The notes under the pieces were generated by a model, which ran no database searches, was not told the DNA's origin, and worked only from the letters and a program-made list of their open reading frames with translations. The position numbers and the translations under genes are program-made. A DNA stretch of 63,399 nt, counting the filler, from Pelomyxa schiedti (Eukaryota; Protista; Evosea), in the NCBI GenBank assembly GCA_020536535.1. It is 15 parts of 15 records of this genome, joined end to end, with 100 filler letters (N's around TTAATTAATTAA, not from the genome) between each part and the next. Parts side by side here need not be neighbours in the genome. Positions count along the whole stretch, not along the records: positions 1 to 26,101 come from JAHLWZ010001042.1; 14 more parts are not named here. One strand, written 5' to 3'. Below are positions 1-14,000 of this stretch, piece after piece; positions within the stretch are counted from its first letter, which is position 1; each line of letters starts with the position of its first letter.

Positions 1-1012
1 GGGGGGGGGGGTATACCTGGTCAGCGTTGGTGATAACGAGAACTTCGCCGTTGTCAGTGGTGACGAATCGGTTTCCAATGACGGCCAAGCAAACAACAAG
101 ATTTGGTCCTTCTCCACTGGCATAAGCAAAGGCAGTGCCTGGTTTCCGGGCCAGATATATGCCGAGTCCTAGGAAGAAAGGAAGTAAGTGGAAGAACTCT
201 GGAGTGGGAAACCCAACCTAAGGCGGAACCGTGTACAACTCTGATGCCGCGTCCCCTTTCTTTACCGGGGACAACAAGGCCTATCTTTGCGATGCTTGGT
301 ATGTTTTTAGATGCAGTCCCGTGATAGCAAGTGACAATCCTGCTGTTCTGAGCAACCCTTGTAAAGAGTCCAAGAAGATCTTTGCAAAAAAGCGGCTCCA
401 TACTGACACACACAAGACCTTGGACATACATCTTTTTATCAGAGATAGTGATGATAAAAACCTGAGTCTGAAAAGGCCCTCTCTATGTCGTAAGACATAT
501 CCCTGCCAGAGAAGACATTCAAAACAGCTCCAACAGATGGCTTGTATTTGTTGTACAGCTAATTAACCACAACCGTTGACACAGTGAGGAATGACAAAGT
601 GCAAGAATAGACAAAGCATACTGGTACTTCGTCCACATACGACGTTTCTAAGTGATTTAATTTCCTAGCAAGTTGTTCATCAGCGGCAATTTGCTTATCC
701 CGAAGTATGCGAGAACTGTCCGGGGTGTCCTCTACCAATAGTTTAGCGATTGCTGCATCATTTTTTGTCTCTTCTGCAATTTTCTTTTCTCTCTGGCGCC
801 TTTCTTCCTCCTGTTGATCCCTGGATACAGGTAAGATGAGAGGGAAAACAGGAGGGATGTCACATTTCAGCCAATCCTCGTGCCAGCTGTTCGTCTTCCA
901 AAAATTGCTTTGTGAGAAGATCTTCAGGAATGGATCTGCAACACAAAAATTCTCAGTAAAGGTGTGCAGGAAGAGGGAAGAATATTGACTTGTCTGCTGA
1001 GCGGATTTTATC
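1..1012 (-). CDS. PARP-like ADP-ribosyltransferase catalytic domain protein (multi-exon; 3' end runs off window, 5' end uncertain)
   Basis: Spliced reading gives TCYHGTASKNIPSIAKIGL...HGSALG|GIYLARKPGTAFAYA...NGEVLVITNADQVYP, which fits the H-Y-E ART signature. An upstream exon has a charged helical region (ADEQLARKL). Confidence 0.7.
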
Positions 1013-1153
1013 ATCAAATCTGTGCAATGGTCACAGGAAAAGAAGCAGTGGCGTTCTCTCTCCAAAAAAATGTGTTGACAAAAAAAAACTGCCAACCTGG
1101 ACAGGAGATTCATAACTCTGTCATGGTCCGCACTCGTCAAAGGATCCTGGGAG

Positions 1154-1573
1154 ATGGCACTCCAAACATTATCAGCAGAACCAAACGTCCAAGTTCCACC
1201 ACCCCACAAGAAATCCAGGCACAACAAGCAGCTGCCACGCCCACAGAGGCAAGTGCAAGTCCCACCCCCGCCTCAGCCGCCTACGTCAACTACTACATCC
1301 ACTACTTCCACTGCTACGGTTCCGGTCCCGGCCCCACAGCAGCAACCCATAAGTGCCCCAGAGAAAAAGAAGTCCAAGCACCGCAGAAGTCGCACCGGAA
1401 CTCCGGCCCACCCCGTTGTAATGCCTGCACCAAATGTGGGAGGAGTCCAACCAGTTTATCCCCAACAAGTCCGCGGCTCTTCCCAGCCAGGTCTTCAAGG
1501 TCCGCAAACAATCCCCCGGAGATTCCCTAAGGGTACGTAACGTGCTTTTTCTTAAAGCAAGTACATGAATTAA
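1154..1573 (+). CDS. small Pro/Gln/Thr-rich basic hypothetical protein
   Basis: 128-aa ORF with an NLS-like KKKSKHRR and a probable terminal intron (gtacgt...aaag). No domain recognised. Confidence 0.35.
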
Positions 1574-1625
1574 CTCTTTTTTTTTTTTTAATTGATTATC
1601 AAAGTTTGGCTTGTTTAATTGGTTC

Positions 1626-2936
1626 TCAAAGTTTGGTAAGGAGGTTTGTGGGTTCCTCACCCCACAAGACAGAGAGGTACTGGGTGACATCAAGTCCAGC
1701 TGAGGCGTGGGTTGCATTATCGAAACGATAGAGGTTGCTACCGGGAATATGGTTGTGGTATTCGTAGGCAGCCTTGGGTGTTATAAGTACATCTATTATG
1801 AAGTTAAGGCTTGAACAACGCAAAGTTGAAGCATACCATACTCTGCAAATACAATGTCTACTCTTCTATTGGCAACATTGCTCCAATTTATTTCCACGGG
1901 GTGCAACCAGGTAGTTCCGATGCTACTGTAGCCTCTGTCACTGTGTTGGGTCACACATTGCACCATTTCTTCGCAGATTGCATCAACTCCCCCAGGCATG
2001 AGAGAAGCCAAGTGAATAACTTCTTCAGGGGTGCCGGACATTGTAAAGAAACTAGTACAATTGTTTTGGAGCATGGGTACAATCATATAGTGGACCAGAA
2101 CCTGGTCAGAATTTTAACTTTTTATTCAGATTTGCATGAAGTAGTACCTCCGTTATTCTGGTATGAGCACACAGCCAAAGGAAGAATTTCCCACCGAGAC
2201 CATAGTCATACCATGTTGGATCTGGAGGTGCACCTACCACAAGTAAGAGCTGGCCCACTAAATCTGGTGCTGTGCTTGCCATAACAGCGGCTGGAAGTCC
2301 TCCACCTGACCACCCGGCGACGCCAGCAAATCTGTTGGCCAGTAAGTAAACGAAATTGGAAAAGATGTAATACTTGGTGATTCCCAGATGGCTTGCCAGT
2401 TGTTCGATATCTTTGTAGTATGTAGTCCAAGGGTCTGCAGTCTCCTTCCATGTACTATAGCCATATCCAGGAAGTGTAGGACATATGGCACGGAGGTTGT
2501 GTTCAGAAAACAGCCTAGCAAGAGAATTTTTACAACAAATCACAATGAAGCAGTAAACGATGTACTTGTCCGCGAGAAGGCACACAGTTTTTCCAGTCTG
2601 TAGAGTGCCCTGGAACAACAAAACGGGTGTTCCCTGTGGGTCTCCTGCCATGTGGTACTCCAAGTACCTTCCGTCATCCAATTTTACTACACAGTATTTA
2701 GTGCCACTCAAACTAGCAAAATTGTACAACATGTGTTATTTAAAAAGCGCGAAGTGCACGACCCATACGATACACCACTCACTGAAATTGATGCCGGCCA
2801 GTTTAAGCATTTCCGGGGGTGGTTGGGGCCTCTCCTGCATCGCATGCATAACCAATAAAGGATACGCTATAGCCAATCCCAAGGCCACAAGTGCCCCCGT
2901 AATAGCGACACAACGACAGCAACACCGGCAAGCCAT
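1626..2936 (-). CDS. alpha/beta fold hydrolase with N-terminal membrane anchor (multi-exon)
   Basis: VKLDDGRYLEY..GDPQGTPVLLFQG, PTLPGYGYS, nucleophile elbow GWSGGG, C-terminal His (FDNATHA) and a hydrophobic N-terminus. Confidence 0.85.
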
Positions 2937-3324
2937 CTGGGCCCCTCCAAGTCAGAATAATAGGATAATGTAACTGTCAATGATTTTCACAGTCTCTTTT
3001 ATGTAAAAAGGGAGATGCGGATCTCGATCCTTCGCCAAAGTTCGACAGAATTGCTAGATTGCCAGGAAGCTTTCGTCTAGAGGCGCAAGGACATTAATGT
3101 GGTTCCAAAAAACAGTTGATGTGATGTGTTGTAATTGTCGAGTTTTGTGTGTTTTTTTCTTTTTTCTTCTCTCACCTTGCCACGAGGACATGGTGCCTTC
3201 GCTCATGTGGAATTCACAGAGCGATGGAACCGACAAAATGGGTGGTGAGATAATAGTACACAGTGAAGTGTGGTGGGTGTGGTTATTGTGAGTGAGGTTG
3301 GGGAGTGTGATATGGGTTGTGGGC

Positions 3325-4497
3325 TCAGAGGGCCACGGGGCAGCTTGACAGTGCGCGGATCATCAGCTGGATTGCTGTCATGGCCTCTAGTATTTGCTGC
3401 TGCTTAACTGCAGTTGCCGGTTGTTTGACACCTGAGAGAGAAGTTGGTAAAAAGGCGTGATTGCGGTACGGAAAGCAAGATAGTACCTTGCGCCGAGGTA
3501 TTGCGAGGAGCCAATGATGACGGGCCAACGTTGGTACTCGTAGAAGAAACCACCGGCATATGTGAACTGGTTGGTACTCGAGTGGCTGGAGCGGCATTGC
3601 GTGCGGGGGCAATGTCTGGGTGGATTTGACCATTACTAGTTAACGCAGATGTGGCCAGCATGAACAGAAGATCCGCCGGATTCGCGGCTGTTGTCATTGG
3701 CTTGCTACCAGAATTCGTAAGGTTCTGAGAGATAGGCAATGGGCCAGTCGGCGAGTTCGTGGCACTCAGTGACTTGGGTGTTAGGCTCCGCGTAGGCGGG
3801 GAGCTAGATTTATGCACTGGGCTAGTAGAAGAAGAAGGGCTTGTATGTGCTGCACCCCGCCTTGATGACCTCTTCCTCTGGGGAGTATTCGTACTGAATG
3901 TTTGATCTACGAAGCAAAGTTCATGTATTGCCTCCTGGCGGCGGAGATGTTCCTTGACATGATCTCCTCTTTGCTCGTGCTGCAGACGAACGGTGAGAAT
4001 TGGGAAGATGGGGGGTGAACTTCAGATACCCCAAATACATGCCGGCTGAAGTTGTTCGACATCCTCTGGGTACACTTCTCAAAAAAGCAAACGTAGTTGC
4101 CGTCGTCGTCCTTAGAGAACAAAGTAGCGCCATATCTCATCATTTGGGCGTGCAAGTCTGCGCCGGCGTAAGCCTGGCTAGTAGCCAACGAAGGTTGCTC
4201 CTGTATATTATGATCCTGAATGACATCCGGAGGCGGCGAGCGTTTCCTGTGCGAGTTGCCTCCGTGGAACTGAATCGGGGAGTTTGCTCGCGAGGAGTCG
4301 CTGCTGCTGTCCATTGGAGTAGAAGACATCCCAACCAAGGCGGTAAGGGCATTAGCTATAGCGAGGCGATCGATCGACTCGACGGTGGACTTGTCGGTTA
4401 GGGCCGGGCAGAAAGATACCGGAGACCTCTCATTGCACTCAGTCTCAACCTTGCGGCTTCTTTTGGAACATGGAGTTTGAGCCTTGTCCTGATCCAT
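3325..4497 (-). CDS. Ser/Pro-rich protein with a C2H2-like zinc finger (putative transcription factor); 3' end uncertain
   Basis: YVCFFEKCTQRMSNNFSRH..|QHEQRGDH across an intron, flanked by low-complexity regions. Confidence 0.5.
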
Positions 4498-5163
4498 GCG
4501 TTAACGTAGGGAATCGTAGAAAAAGGGAGGAAAAAAAAAATAGTTGGTTCATGGTGTACCATCTTGTCGTCAAAACAAAGGAAAGAAACAGAGAGCCTTT
4601 GGTCCTTGGCTGCCGTACTGCCTTGCATGTTTGTGTGCTGTTGTTTTTTTAAAAAATGTGCCCCAATCAATCAGGAAAAAAAACGTCCCGCTGGAAATGT
4701 GCCGTCATCACTTTGTCCGAAGTGCAAAAAGCTCGGTTTTTGTATGATTGTTCGAAATCACTTCCAGGAAAAAATTTGAAGAACGGCGCCGCTTCTTTGT
4801 TGCAGACTGGACCACACAGGCAGGTTCCCCACCGAAAACAGGTACCGGAATTTTTCGGCGATTGTCAGTCCGCAGATCGACTATGAAGCTCCAGAATAGC
4901 AGTGATTCGGTGTACCAAACCATCAAATCGATCTCCCGTCCTGGGGATCTGAGCCATTCTCTCACTTTACAAACTTAGTGCAAGAGCTCAGGATACACAA
5001 ACATTCTTAAGAAAGACCAGCAGCAGTTTGTTTGGGATGAGAAAGTATCGCAGCCTCTTTCCTGAGAGTGTTCACAGCGTGGAAACGGGAATCTGTTGGG
5101 GTGATTTGCTTCGAAGTCGAGCAACAACTGTTCCTCCAAATAAAACCAATAAAGATCTATCGA

Positions 5164-7552
5164 ATGACAGACACAAGCGCGACAACCGCGACTGCGACAG
5201 CTACAGCGACCACGACAGCGGCGGCGTCAACTTCAACTACCGTTGTTTCGACACCCAGCTTGTCGGTGGACGAAAAAGTTGCGCTTATCACCAGGTTCGG
5301 AATGGCAGATCGCCGTTTTCATCCCTCGTACTCTAACTTTTGTTGTTGGATTTTTGCGTTTGTAGAAACTTGCAGGAAGTTATTGGAACTGAGCAAGTAA
5401 GGGCAATTGTTCAAGAAGGACGCCCGTTGAAAATATACTGGGGTACAGCGCCCACTGGAAAGCCCCACATCGGTACCTCAAATAAACCAACTGTTACTTC
5501 TTTGAAAGTGTAACTCCCAACAGGATACTTCGTGCCTACCACTAAAATTGCGGATTTCCTCAAGGCTGGTTGTGAAGTTACTATTCTTTTTGCAGACTTG
5601 CACGCGTTTTTGGACAACTTAAAGACATCTTGGGACCTTCTTACATTTCGCACTCAGTACTATGAGGTATGAAGACTGAGTCAGGAACTACCGATGACAT
5701 TTTTGCCAGATTGTGATTAAGGGGCTTCTTGAAAGTGTCGGTGCCCCCATTGAGAGATTGAAATTTGTGCGCGGAACTGACTTCCAACTCTCCAGGGACT
5801 ACACTCTGGACATGTATAAGTTGGCATCCAAGAGCACCTTACACGATGCAAAAAAAGCTGGAGCCGAAGTTGTGAAGCAGGTAATTCCTTCAAACCAAGT
5901 CCATCATGACTTACAGAATTAAAGGTGGATAACCCTCTTATGAGTGGTCTGATGTACCCCCTCCTTCAAGCTCTGGATGAACAATACCTTGGTGTTGACG
6001 CACAGTTTGGTGGTGTTGACCAGCGCAAAATTTTCATGTTTGCTGAAGAGAACCTGCCAGTTATCGGGTACAAAAAACGCATTCACTTAATGAATGCCAT
6101 GGTTCCTGGTTTCTCTGCGTAAGTGCCTTTCAAGTCTTCACTTTCCCATTTTTGATTGTGGATTTCCAGTGCTCGTCCTGTTGTTACCTCCACCCCAGCA
6201 CCGGAAAGTACTGCAGCTACCACAACAACCCCAGCTGCCACTGCACCCACTTCCACAACGCCAGCGACACCCTCAACGGCTTCAGCGGCTTCAACCTCTG
6301 CAGCAAGTGCTCTAACGTACGAAAAGATGAGTGCCTCTACTACAGATTCGAAGATAGACCTTCTTGATGACCCTGCAACAGTCATGAAGAAAGTCAGTAA
6401 GGCTTTTTGTGAGCCTGGGAACATTCGAGAGGTTGGCTCGGCCCTCATTCGTCAAACAAGTAACTATGATAGAATGCTCTCCTTGTATTCTGCAGATTGG
6501 TTCTATTCCCGCTGCTTGATGGGAAACCACTTGTTATCCCCCGAGCTGACAAGTATGGTGGTCCAATAAGTCTTACAGACTATGCTGAACTTGAAACTGC
6601 GTTTGGAGCACAGAAATTATTCCCTCCCGACCTAAAGCTTGGTATAGTAAAGTACCTGAAAAGCCCCTTTAATTTGTCACAGGGGTCCATACCTACATCA
6701 ACCACTTCTTGGCACCTATACGTGCCAAGTTCACCACACCCGAACTTCAGCAACTAGTTGCCAAAGCCTATCCTAACGGTACAACATAATCTTCCTTGTA
6801 CGGGGTACTAACCAGTACTAGATCCAGTCCCAGTGTTGACATCGACCCCTGAAACACATGGAGCAGCTGTTGCAAAGCCGAAGGCAACACCAAAAGGAAA
6901 ACCTGCTGCTAAGGTAGCCCACAGACCCCAAATGCAACCAACTTTTCTGACGAAACTAGCCTGCAGAAAAACCCATGGATATATCTCGGGCCAATCTGTT
7001 AGTTGGTCTGATTGAGAAGTGTGAAAAACATCCTGGTGCTGACTCCCTTTTTGTTGAGACAGTGGACTTTGGCCGTATATTTCATTTTTTTAATGTGCTT
7101 CGACTTATTTTCATCTAGCACACGGAAAAGCAACCGTTGTCAGTGGTCTTGCGAATTTCATGAAACCAGAGGACCTTACAGGGAAGCGTGCCGTTTTCCT
7201 CAAGAACCTTAAGCCCAGTAAGCTCCGGGGGGTAATGTCTGAAGCTATGATTCTAGCTGCCTCCAATCCGTACTTCCTTACATACTTTCAAGCAATGAAT
7301 GAATCTAACTGCAATTGCAGGGAACACACGCAAGTGGAGGTAGTCTTCCCACCTGCTGACACACCCATTGGCGAGCGAGTCACAGTTGCAGGCTTCCCTG
7401 GGGAACCCGACGATGTACTCAAGGTGTGGGACAAAATCCAGCCGGATTTGTCCACATCAACCACCCTTTCTGCTACCTACAAGGGCGTTCCACTTGCAAC
7501 CTCAAGGGGTGAATGCAAAGTCAGGTCTCTTGTTGGTGCTAATGTCAAGTGA
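5164..7552 (+). CDS. YARS: cytosolic tyrosyl-tRNA synthetase with C-terminal EMAPII/Trbp111-like OB tRNA-binding domain (many introns)
   Basis: [15 protein letters not shown]|Y (HIGH), [44 protein letters not shown], then C-terminal [25 protein letters not shown]. Confidence 0.95.
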
Positions 7553-7637
7553 GCAAAACCAAAAGTAATCCAGCAATAGAACCCAAAAAAGCTTCGTCTT
7601 TTTTCCCCATAGCTTTTTGTCCATTCCTTTTCAATTT

Positions 7638-10600
7638 TCAATTGTGATTGTGGCTGTCTTTGTTGGTGACTTGGGGTGGGTTTTGTATGAGGCGCTTGCG
7701 TAGCTCCAGCACGGTTTCCAGTGTTTGTTTGATTTGTTCCTGAGGCTCCTGGAGTGTTGCTCGTATGGTTTCTGTCTCGGCATGTGAAAGTGGAGCAGTG
7801 CACTCGAGCGGAATAAGCTGTTCTCGCTCCGCAATGACCTGTGAGTATTGTTGATTTGAGTGTTGGTATTATTGATAGGAATTTGTTCCCTACTTTATCT
7901 GCTTGTTCTCTCAAATCATCCAGCCTGGTTTCCATGGCCCTCAGCTGCTCCAAGTATTTGATGACGGATGGCTCAGTGAAAGGTGGTGTGAGGACTAGAT
8001 TGAGAAGCTTGATGAGTCTGGCTCGTTGCTCAACTTGGGTTTTCCGAACCTGAGAATTTGTCATGGAATGTTTGTGTGAATTTGAACTTTTACCTTATTT
8101 CTAAGAACTTCGAGTTGTCTGTAGGTCTGTTGTGCTTCGCGGAGTTGTTGCTGGATTTCTTTTACACGTTCCTCCTGTTGCATCATAGTCTGTTTCAGAG
8201 AGGCACGTTTTTCTTGTATGTGTGGAATTACATCCTAAAGAGGGACTTACTATAAATGCGTGACTATTCATGCGGAACCAGTACAATACACACATTTAAG
8301 TAATCAATGGTAGGTTTTAACTGCTCCGAAGCCGTTTGAATGAACAGATCAGCTTCCCGTTTTGGCATTGTCTTTTGTGATCTTGGGAAGCAGTACTGTG
8401 GAGGTGGGGGAAGAATTGATATGGGTTCACAACGGTCTGGGGTGATGGAAGCCAGTGCAGATGTTGCCTAATAGGAACGTTAGAATGTAGATGGGTGCTG
8501 TGGGGAGATTGAAGATTCCAACCTGGTTAACAGAAAGGTCCACCACTTTTATTTCCCCGTCGAAGGTGAGGGCAATTGCACAGGTACCAACAAGCTTGGT
8601 GTTAACGACTGCAAGGCCAATCAGAGGAGAGAGCACACAACTGAAAGGGGAAATGTGAAGAGAGGCTCTTTGATAATACTACATACGATTTATCTCCAAG
8701 TGGAGTAGTGCATATCAACTTGTGAACTAACTGTTCGGATGGCAAAGCCTCATCTGATTGGGTGAATACATCTAAATGTGCGACATGAAGTCCAGAGCTG
8801 TGTTGACGGTTAGATTTTATAAGAAATGTTAAGCGCGAAAAAAAAAACAAACGAACCTGTGGTGGAAAAACACCTTGTTGGGTAAGTCAGAGAAAGTATT
8901 CATGTGCCTGCATATAAATTAGACAAAAGCAGACAACCAGGTATGAAGTGTTTCACATGGCTGAATGGAAGCTATCTAGCCTCGAACAAAACTGTGGGAA
9001 TTGTAAATCTATTTCTAGAACCTGCCTGCAGGTGACATGTCCTTCAGATATCAGTTATTATATAGTCAGTGGTATTATTTGGCATACTATCCACTAGAGG
9101 TGACACTTCTTGAAGGTTTACTGCATAGACACGCACAATGCCAGCCTTGCTGCCACAAACAAGATATGCACCAAACGACTGCTCCAAGAATAAAAGACTG
9201 CAAGTGCCCTCAAGCTTTCCAAACCTTTCTGTAAATGGCGTTAGGTTGGCCAGCAACTGCGAGTTGGGAAAAACCAAGATGATTTTGACGAGCTTTCCCA
9301 TACCAGTTTAGTGTATAGTTAGGGCTGCAAGAATGCTCCTACAATCAAATTAGAAATCCTTGTAATATTACAAGTGTTCACGCACCTCGACCTCGGCAAT
9401 TTCTGGGAAGTCAGCTGGAACAGAATCCTTGAGTTCTTTGAACAATTCCTGGGAGATCACCCTGGAAAATAAAGTGGGTTAAAGGAACAGGTGAAGACGA
9501 AAATAAAATCAAAAAATACTTACTGTCCAGGAACAAATACTGGGCACATAAAAGATAACTGTCCTTCTGGGCCACAAAACCACACGGAAAATTGACCCCA
9601 CAGATGGCCTCTGCCCCACGCAAATGCTTGGGGGGAACTGGAGGGCACATGCTGGTATTTGGCAGCGTGATCAAATTCTGTGTTCCACACCCTGCAAGAA
9701 AGTGATTTAAAATTGTATACAACTCTGCTTTGTGGAATATTTTTTTTCCTCCTTTCTATCACCTCAAATTTTCAGTGGGTACTCACATGAAAAAGCCCTC
9801 TTGAGTCAGCACTCCCAGTATCGCTTCACAATGTGGATGCCACTCGGCTTGTTTAATAATATATGAAGTCCTTTTATTTGGCCCGGGAGATGCTGTGTAG
9901 TTGTGTAATACTCTGGCCTGGTGATATCTGAGTACAGTATGTGGTAGGGTATTACGTACGATGTCAAGTTGACCAATCTTTGGGGGGCTGGCGAGTACAT
10001 CAACAGGGAAGAACACCTCATTTGGGATCTCAACAACAATTATGTGTGCTAGTTTAAAGGTGAGCACTTTGTGAATGCTTTTCTATATATTTTTATATCT
10101 GCTGAAAGAAAAACATTACCTTCTCCAACAATTGCAAGGTATTTCCCATTTTTGCTGAGAGAGATTTTAAGCACAACAAGGGGCATCAAACTCGGGGTAA
10201 TAGGGATACTTTTCTGCATGCAACATTATAAACAAAAAGGGGAGGATACATCAACGAAATTGAATAGAGCGAAACAAAGGAAAAAGAGGCAAGGAACCGC
10301 ACCGAGACTTCGAGATTGCTCATGCTGCTCACATAAATCGCGCAATTCTTCACAGTGTAGAGCAAATTGTTATCAGCATCAACGGCCAACAAATTCCTGG
10401 GCACCATGAGCCGCAGCGGGGTGTTCCCAGGCGCCGGCGAGGCCGAGGCCGCGGCCGCGGGGGAAAGCGACGCGGCGGACATGGCGCGGCCCGGGGACGA
10501 CGGGACCCGCATGCTGCCCACGACCGCGTGCGGGGGCATGGGGGCGAAGGCGCGGGGGTCCCTGAAGGCCACGTTGGCGCTGAGCTGCCGGCACACCCGC

Positions 10601-10869
10601 TGCGACATGGGCGGGGGCAGGTCCCCTCCCTCCGCGTCCCCGGGCAGGGGCTCCGCCGTCGCGGTCGAGGTAGAGGTAGCGGTAGCGGGCGAGGGAGTGG
10701 TGGTCGGGGCTGCGGCGGTGGAGAACATGGCTGAGGCTGAGGGCGTGGTAGAGGCGGTGGAGGTGGCGGGAAAGAGTGGGGAGGCCGGAGGGAAGAGCGA
10801 GGAGGTGGTGGGGGGCCGGAGCGGGGGGGCTGCGGCGGTAGTGTTGGGCGTGGTCATGGAAGAAAACAT
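7638..10869 (-). CDS. NUP88: nucleoporin Nup88/Nup82-like (beta-propeller plus C-terminal coiled coil; many introns)
   Basis: PRNLLAVD, LKISLSKNGKYLAIVG, IKQAEWHPHCEAILGVLT and the terminal helix LSHAETETIRATLQEPQEQIKQTLETVLELRKRL match the Nup88 layout. Confidence 0.7.
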
Positions 10870-11063
10870 GGTTATGGGATGGGTGCGCTTATTAATGCCC
10901 TGCTGCGGCACCAACAACAAGCAAATCTTTTGACTGAATAAGTGATCCCAGCAGATGTGGGTCTGTCCCGATCTGTGGGTGTACCTGCCAACTTCACCTG
11001 TGCAAAAATAAAGTACCCTTAGTTTTCCAGGTCGGAGTCCGGCACAGTGGGCTCTCCTCAGGT

Positions 11064-14000
11064 ATGATGTTAGAGGAAAATCCCGTCGTCGTTGACCAAC
11101 GGACAGAAAATATACAAAAAAAAAAACTTTCGGTGATGCTCCGCAGCACGGAGCTTCGCGGTCCAGATCTGGGACCCACATTGACACTGCCCGACGCACC
11201 CAACGAACCACGGCCGACTGGCGTAGGATTCGTGCGGCTTCCCCCGCCGATGCCGAGCGTCGACGAAGCGACGGTTGGCTTTTGTACAGTCACAACAGCA
11301 GCAACAGACGACGCACTCGTCGCTCCTGCGTCGGCCCCGACGACGACGACGGCGACGACGCCGATGGCGATGGCTCTGCCGAAGGCGTCGGTGTATTTCC
11401 CCAAAGAAAAGGCATTCTCTGTGTACGAGCCGAGGATGATAAAGGCTCACAGAGCCGTCAGTATCCCGAGTGCAGCGCCTCCTACAGTTGGCATTGTGAC
11501 ACCCCAGGACTCTGTCCCAATCCCGCCGGCCAACAGCTCACCCGTTGCGCGGCCTGTATCACCGCAACCGCCGCAGCAGCCGGCGTGCGTTCCTCCCCCT
11601 CCTGCGCCAGTGAATCCTCAGCTCGGAGTCAGATACAGCTTCGGGTCCAGGCTGAGGCCAATGTCACCTCACATGCAAGCAAAGGTGGCTGCCAGAGCAA
11701 CGCCCTCGCCTTCTGTGTTGTTGCAACAGTTGATGACTCGAAGTGCAAATGTGCTTCCAGTGCCACTGGAAGACGAAAACTGTGTGGCGAGGGGGACGTC
11801 CAATTTGCAGGAAGTCGCACTCAATGAGAAAGACTCTGGTCCAGCACACGGGAAATCGAACTTAAAACTTTCACTGTCACATTTCATTTCTCCGGACTCA
11901 ATCACATCCCTTTTGCGGAAAGCCAGTCTGGTACCTCAGATGTCACGTTTGTCAGCTTCTCCATCACCTGGGTTACCGACTTCACCAAAAGCGCCAGCAA
12001 CACAGAGTCAGCTATCTCAGGAACAATCGGAACTGCCACAAGTAGGCAGGCCAGTAATTCCATCCATTCCGCCTCCCTTGCCATCGTCGGATGAGCCAGT
12101 GATTGCTATCCGCATGCCCGCACCTGTGCCACCCCCCCTTCAAGCGCCGTCTTCAAATCCTGTTTTCCCTTCATGCTCAGTGGATTCCCATTATGGTACC
12201 ACTCTAAAACTTGGTGCTCCTATTTTGCCAAAAGCTTTACCAATGGCATCAACTTGTGATGGGGGACTGTCTGGGACGAGACCTCCTGCAGGACCTCAAA
12301 TGGCACAGTCTTCAATTGCCGTTCCCTTTTTGCCATCCCCTCTGTCTCTCCCCCAAAGTATTCCTTCGTTGCATGCACCCCCCAGCCAGTCACATTATGC
12401 TGAAGGGAGCCAACTACGTAATAAAATTTTCCCGACTCTTCCAAATACTGTGTTGGAAGTTCCGCTACCAAACACACTGCCCCTTGCACCTCCAGTATTA
12501 CATTTACCTGATTTATCCTCGACTCAGGCGACTCAGGCACCTAACTCTCCAACTTCACAGGATACTGGGACTCTCTCCCCATCCCCTCTTATGGCCATTC
12601 CTGTTTCGACTGTCAATGCGCTTTCACTTCCGATCCCCTCTGCCAACGAAAATCCTTTAAAACGAACCAATGCCTCTGGTTATTCTGATGGCAAGTCATT
12701 ATCTTCCAGGGTGCTGGGCGGACCAATTACTGTACCCTGCCTTCCACAGGCTGTACCATCTCTTGAGAGCGAAGCAAGTAAGATCCCTGGAAGTCTTCAA
12801 CAAAATCAAACAAGAGCAGAGGCCCTACCTCTTCCTACGCCTCTATCACAACTTTTACACCTCCCTCAGCCCAGCGACTTGTCACCTCTAAGGCAAGAAG
12901 CTGAGGTTGCACCCCTGCCAAAACCCACCCCACTACCAGAGTCCTTGTCACAACAAACCGTTGAGCACACAACAGCCCCGCCTGCTCCTCTATTTCAGCC
13001 TGCATCAGCCTATGCAACAAGTAGACCATTATCGGAAGCAGTCACTACAAATGATCCCATTCAACAAGCGCCTCCAGCCATACGTTCTCACTTACCACTA
13101 AAAATCCCACCTGCAACCAACTCTCAAACTCCAGATCTACCTTCCGCAGCTCCTCCTATTGTGCCACCACTCAAATTGAACAACCACAAGGCCTCCCCAG
13201 TAACAGCACATTTCCCAAAAGATAAAAGCCTTCTTCTATGTAGGGCACTTCAAAAGACTGCTTCTACCACAGCTAATGCCTTGCCAAATAAACAGCTGCT
13301 ATATATGAGCAGCCCAAGAAGTGCTTCCGCTGTAAGGAGGTCACACTTACGATTTTCTGTGGAGGAAACAAACACAGAGGACAATAACATCCCCCTTCCG
13401 AGTATGTATTAGGAGTATGTTTTCTCCTACTTGTGCTAGCTCCCAACGAGTTTTCAGGTTCTCTCTCGGGAAATGTTGATTGGAACACTGAGTATCAGGT
13501 AATCCCCTCCTCCTTATCTCCTCTGATTTTTTACTAGGCAATATTGGATTTGCCGGACTCGGAGGTGAAGTTTCGCAAGCTTTTTAATTTGGAACATGAC
13601 TTTGTCTATGGTACAAACCTCTGAAAGTCCTCACTCCACTCACGAATTCCCAAGCTTCAATTGCCTATGCCAAAATAATTATTTCTGAGCTTTGCATGCC
13701 TAGGGAGGTGAAGACGATCAAAGTGTTTTCCCTTCCACTCAATTTTGTAAGTAACATGGGTTTAGCCTATTTCAGTTGGTGGTGTTGCTGGAGGCCAAAA
13801 GTATCTTTGTCAAAACATTCTCTTCAAAGTATTAGTTGACACACTCCTGCCTTCCAAAGTTTACCTCTATGGTGGGTCATCCCCTGACCAGCAGTCCGCA
13901 ATGAAATCTGGTTCTCATGATGTAGATACTCCGTAAATGTAATCTTCATTTCATTGACAGACGTTTTTTTTTTGTTGCAGTTAAAAGGAATGATGGCTTG

